Made by a program: the position numbers and the translations under genes
Assembly (NCBI RefSeq): GCF_963921235.1
Contig: NC_086097.1
Location: forward strand, 253,892,001-253,956,000
Direction of reading: 5' to 3'
From: Mobula hypostoma
Lineage: Eukaryota
DNA: 64,000 nt
In this document: positions 61,245 through 64,000 of the stretch, piece by piece
Position numbering within the stretch: position 1 is the first letter of the stretch
Layout of the letters: every line of letters starts with the position of its first letter
Notes under the pieces: generated by a model
Databases searched by the model: none
Seen by the model: only the letters and a program-made list of their open reading frames with translations
Told to the model about the DNA's origin: nothing

Positions 61245-64000
61245 AAGTGGTGATGTAATGGCCATTACAGAGACTTGGCTGGCACCAGGGCAGGAATGGA
61301 TTCTCAATAGTCCTGGATTTCAGTGCTTTAAAAGGGATAGAGAGGGCAGAAAAAGGGGAGGAGGGGTGGCATTACTGGTCTGAAAGGGTGGGTAATGTAG
61401 TAGGATCCTCTTTTGAGTCAATATGGGTGGAAGTCAGGAACAGGAAGGGAGCAGTTACTCTACTGGGGGTGTTCTATAGGCCCCCTGGTAGCAGCAGAGA
61501 TCCAGAGGAGCAGATTGGGAGGCAGATTTTGGAAAGGTGCAAAAATAACAGGGTTGTTATCATGGGTGACTTTAACTTCCCTAATATTGATTGGCACCTG
61601 ATTAGTTCCAAGGGTTTAGATGGGGCAGAGTTTGTTAAGTGTGTCCAGGATGGATTCCTGTCACAGTATATGGACAGGCCGACTAGGGGGAATGCCATAC
61701 TAGATCTAGTACTAGGTAATGAACCGGGTCAGGTCACAGATCTCTCAGTGGGTGAGCATCTGGGGGACAGTGACCACCGCTCCCTGGCCTTTATAATTAT
61801 CATGGAAAAGGATAGAATCAAAGAGGACAGGAAAATTTTTAATTGGGGAAAGGCAAATTATGAGGCTATAAGGCTAGAACTTGCGGGTGTGAACTGGGAT
61901 GATGTTTCTGCAGGGAAATGTACTATGGACATGTGGTCGATGTTTAGAGATCTCTTGCGGGATGCAAGGGATAAATTTGTCCTGGTGAGGAAGATAAAGA
62001 ATGGTAGGGTGAAGGAACCATGGGTGACAAGTGAGGTGGAAAATCTAGTCAGGAGGAAGAAGGCAGCATACATGAGGTTTAGGAAGCAAGGATCAGATGG
62101 GTCTATTGAGGAATATAGGGAAGCAAGAAAGCAGCTTAAGAAGGGGCTGAGAAGAGCAAGAAGGGGGCATGAGAAGGCCTTGGCGAGTAGGGTAAAGGAA
62201 AACCCCAAGGCATTCTTCAATTATGTGAAGAAAAAAAGGATGACAGGAGTGAAGGTAGGACCGATTAGACATAAAGGTGGGAAGATGTGCCTGGAGGCTG
62301 TGGAAGTGAGCGAGGTCCTCAATGAATACTTCGGTATTCACCAATGAGAGGGAACTTGATGATGGTGAGGACAATATGAGTGAGGTTGATGTTTTGGAGC
62401 ATGTTGATATTAAGGGAGAGGAGGTGTTGGAGTTGTTAAAATACATTAGCACAGATAAGTCCCCGGGGCCTGATGGAATATTCCCCAGGCTGCTCCACCA
62501 GGCGAGAGAAGAGATTGCTGAGCCTCTGGCTAGGATCTTTATGTCCTCGTTGTCCACGGGAATGGTACCAGAGGATTGGAGGGAGGTGAATGTTGTTCTC
62601 TTGTTCAAAAAAGGTAGTAGGGATAGTCCGGGTAATTATAGACCAGTGAGCCTTACATCTGTGGTGGGAAAGCTGTTGGAAAAGATTCTTAGAGATAGGA
62701 TCTATAGGCATTTAGAGAATCATGGTCTGATCGGGGACAGTCAGCATGGCTTTGTGAAGGGCAGATCGCGTCTAACAAGCCTGATAGAGTTCTTTGAGGA
62801 GGTGACCAAGCATATAGATGAGGGTAGTGCAGTGGATGTGATCTACATGGATTTTAGTAAGGCATTTGACAAGGTTCCACACAGTAGGCTTATTCAGAAA
62901 GTTAGAAGGCATGGGATCCATGGAAATTTGGCCAGGTGGATTCAGAATTGGCTTGCCTGCAGAAGGCAGAGGGTGGTGGTGGAGGGAGTACATTCAGATT
63001 GGAGGATTGTGACTAGTGGTGTCTCACAAGGATCTGTTCTGGGACCTCTACTTTTCGTGATTTTTATTAACGACCTGGATGTGGGGGTAGAAGGGTGGGT
63101 TGGCAAGTTTGCAGACGACACAAAGCTTGGAGGTGTTGTATATAGTGTAGAGGATTGTCGAAGATTGCAGAGAGACATTGATAGGATGCAGAAGTGGGCT
63201 GAGAAGTAGCAGATGGAGTTCAACCCGGAGAAGTGTGAGGTGGTACACTTTGGAAGGACAAACTCCAAGGCAGAGTACAAAATAAATAGCAGGATACTTG
63301 GTAGTGTGGAGGAGCAGAGGGATCTCAGGGTACATGTCCACAGATCCCTGAAAGTTGCCTCACAGATGGATAGGGTAGTTAAGAAAGCTTATGGGCTGTT
63401 AGCTTTCATAAGTCGAGGGATAGAGTTTAAGAGTCGCGATGTAATGATGCAGCTCTATAAAACTCTGGTTAGGCCACACTTGGAGTACTGTGTCCAGTTC
63501 TGGTCACCTCACTATAGGAAGGATGTGGAAGCATTGGAAAGGGTACAGAGGAGATTTACCAGGATGCTGCCTGGTTTAGAAAGTATGTATTATGATCAGA
63601 GATTAAGGGAGCTAGGGCTTTACTCTTTGGAGAGAAGGAGGATGAGAGGAGACATGGTAGAGGTGTACAAGATAATAAGAGGAATAGATAGAGTGGATAG
63701 CCAGCACCTCTTCCCCAGGGCACCACTGCTCAATACAAGAGGACATGGCTTTAAGGTAAGGGGTGAGAAGTTCAAGGGGGATATTAGAGGAAGGTTTTTT
63801 ACTCAGAGAGTGGTTGGTGCGTGGAATGCACTGCCTGAGTCAGTGATGGAGGCAGATACACTAGTGAAGTTTAAGAGACTACTGGACAGGTATATGGAGG
63901 AATCTAAGGTGGGGGCTTATATGGGAGGCAGGGTTTGAGGGTTGGCACAACATTGTGGGCCGAAGGGCCTGTACTGTGCTGTACTATTCTATGTTCTATG
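61245..64000 (+). mobile_element. Young CR1 LINE, nearly complete ORF2 (APE+RT), (TTCTATG)n tail
   Basis: [30 protein letters not shown] and FADDTK. ORFs of 319, 295 and 241 aa are separated by one frameshift (~62330) and one TGG>TAG stop (63207-63209). Confidence 0.95.

Overview
Repeat-dominated vertebrate genomic DNA. By inference it is from a cartilaginous fish, probably a ray, based on HER1/CR1-type LINEs, V-domain (HE1-like) SINEs and Penelope-type remnants. Most of the window is a nested mosaic of decayed retrotransposons: many CR1-clade LINEs (SGNH-esterase ORF1, APE+RT ORF2), Rex/Babar LINEs and derivatives, RTE-derived non-autonomous elements, Penelope-like (PLE) fragments, tRNA-derived SINEs and solo LTRs. 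There is also an IR/DR Tc1 transposon, a hAT-Charlie remnant and a Tigger-like MITE. No intact host gene is visible. The only recognisable host coding sequence is a disrupted NAGPA-like EGF exon (minus strand, 60952-61210). The most interesting signals are RNA structures folded by eye and not tested: (i) a complete HDV-like ribozyme fold at the 5' end of an RTE-derived element (45170-45363), with an extra hairpin in L3; (ii) minimal hammerhead ribozymes in PLE fragments, including a 40-bp tandem array at 57241-57341. Boundaries without a stated TSD are approximate.
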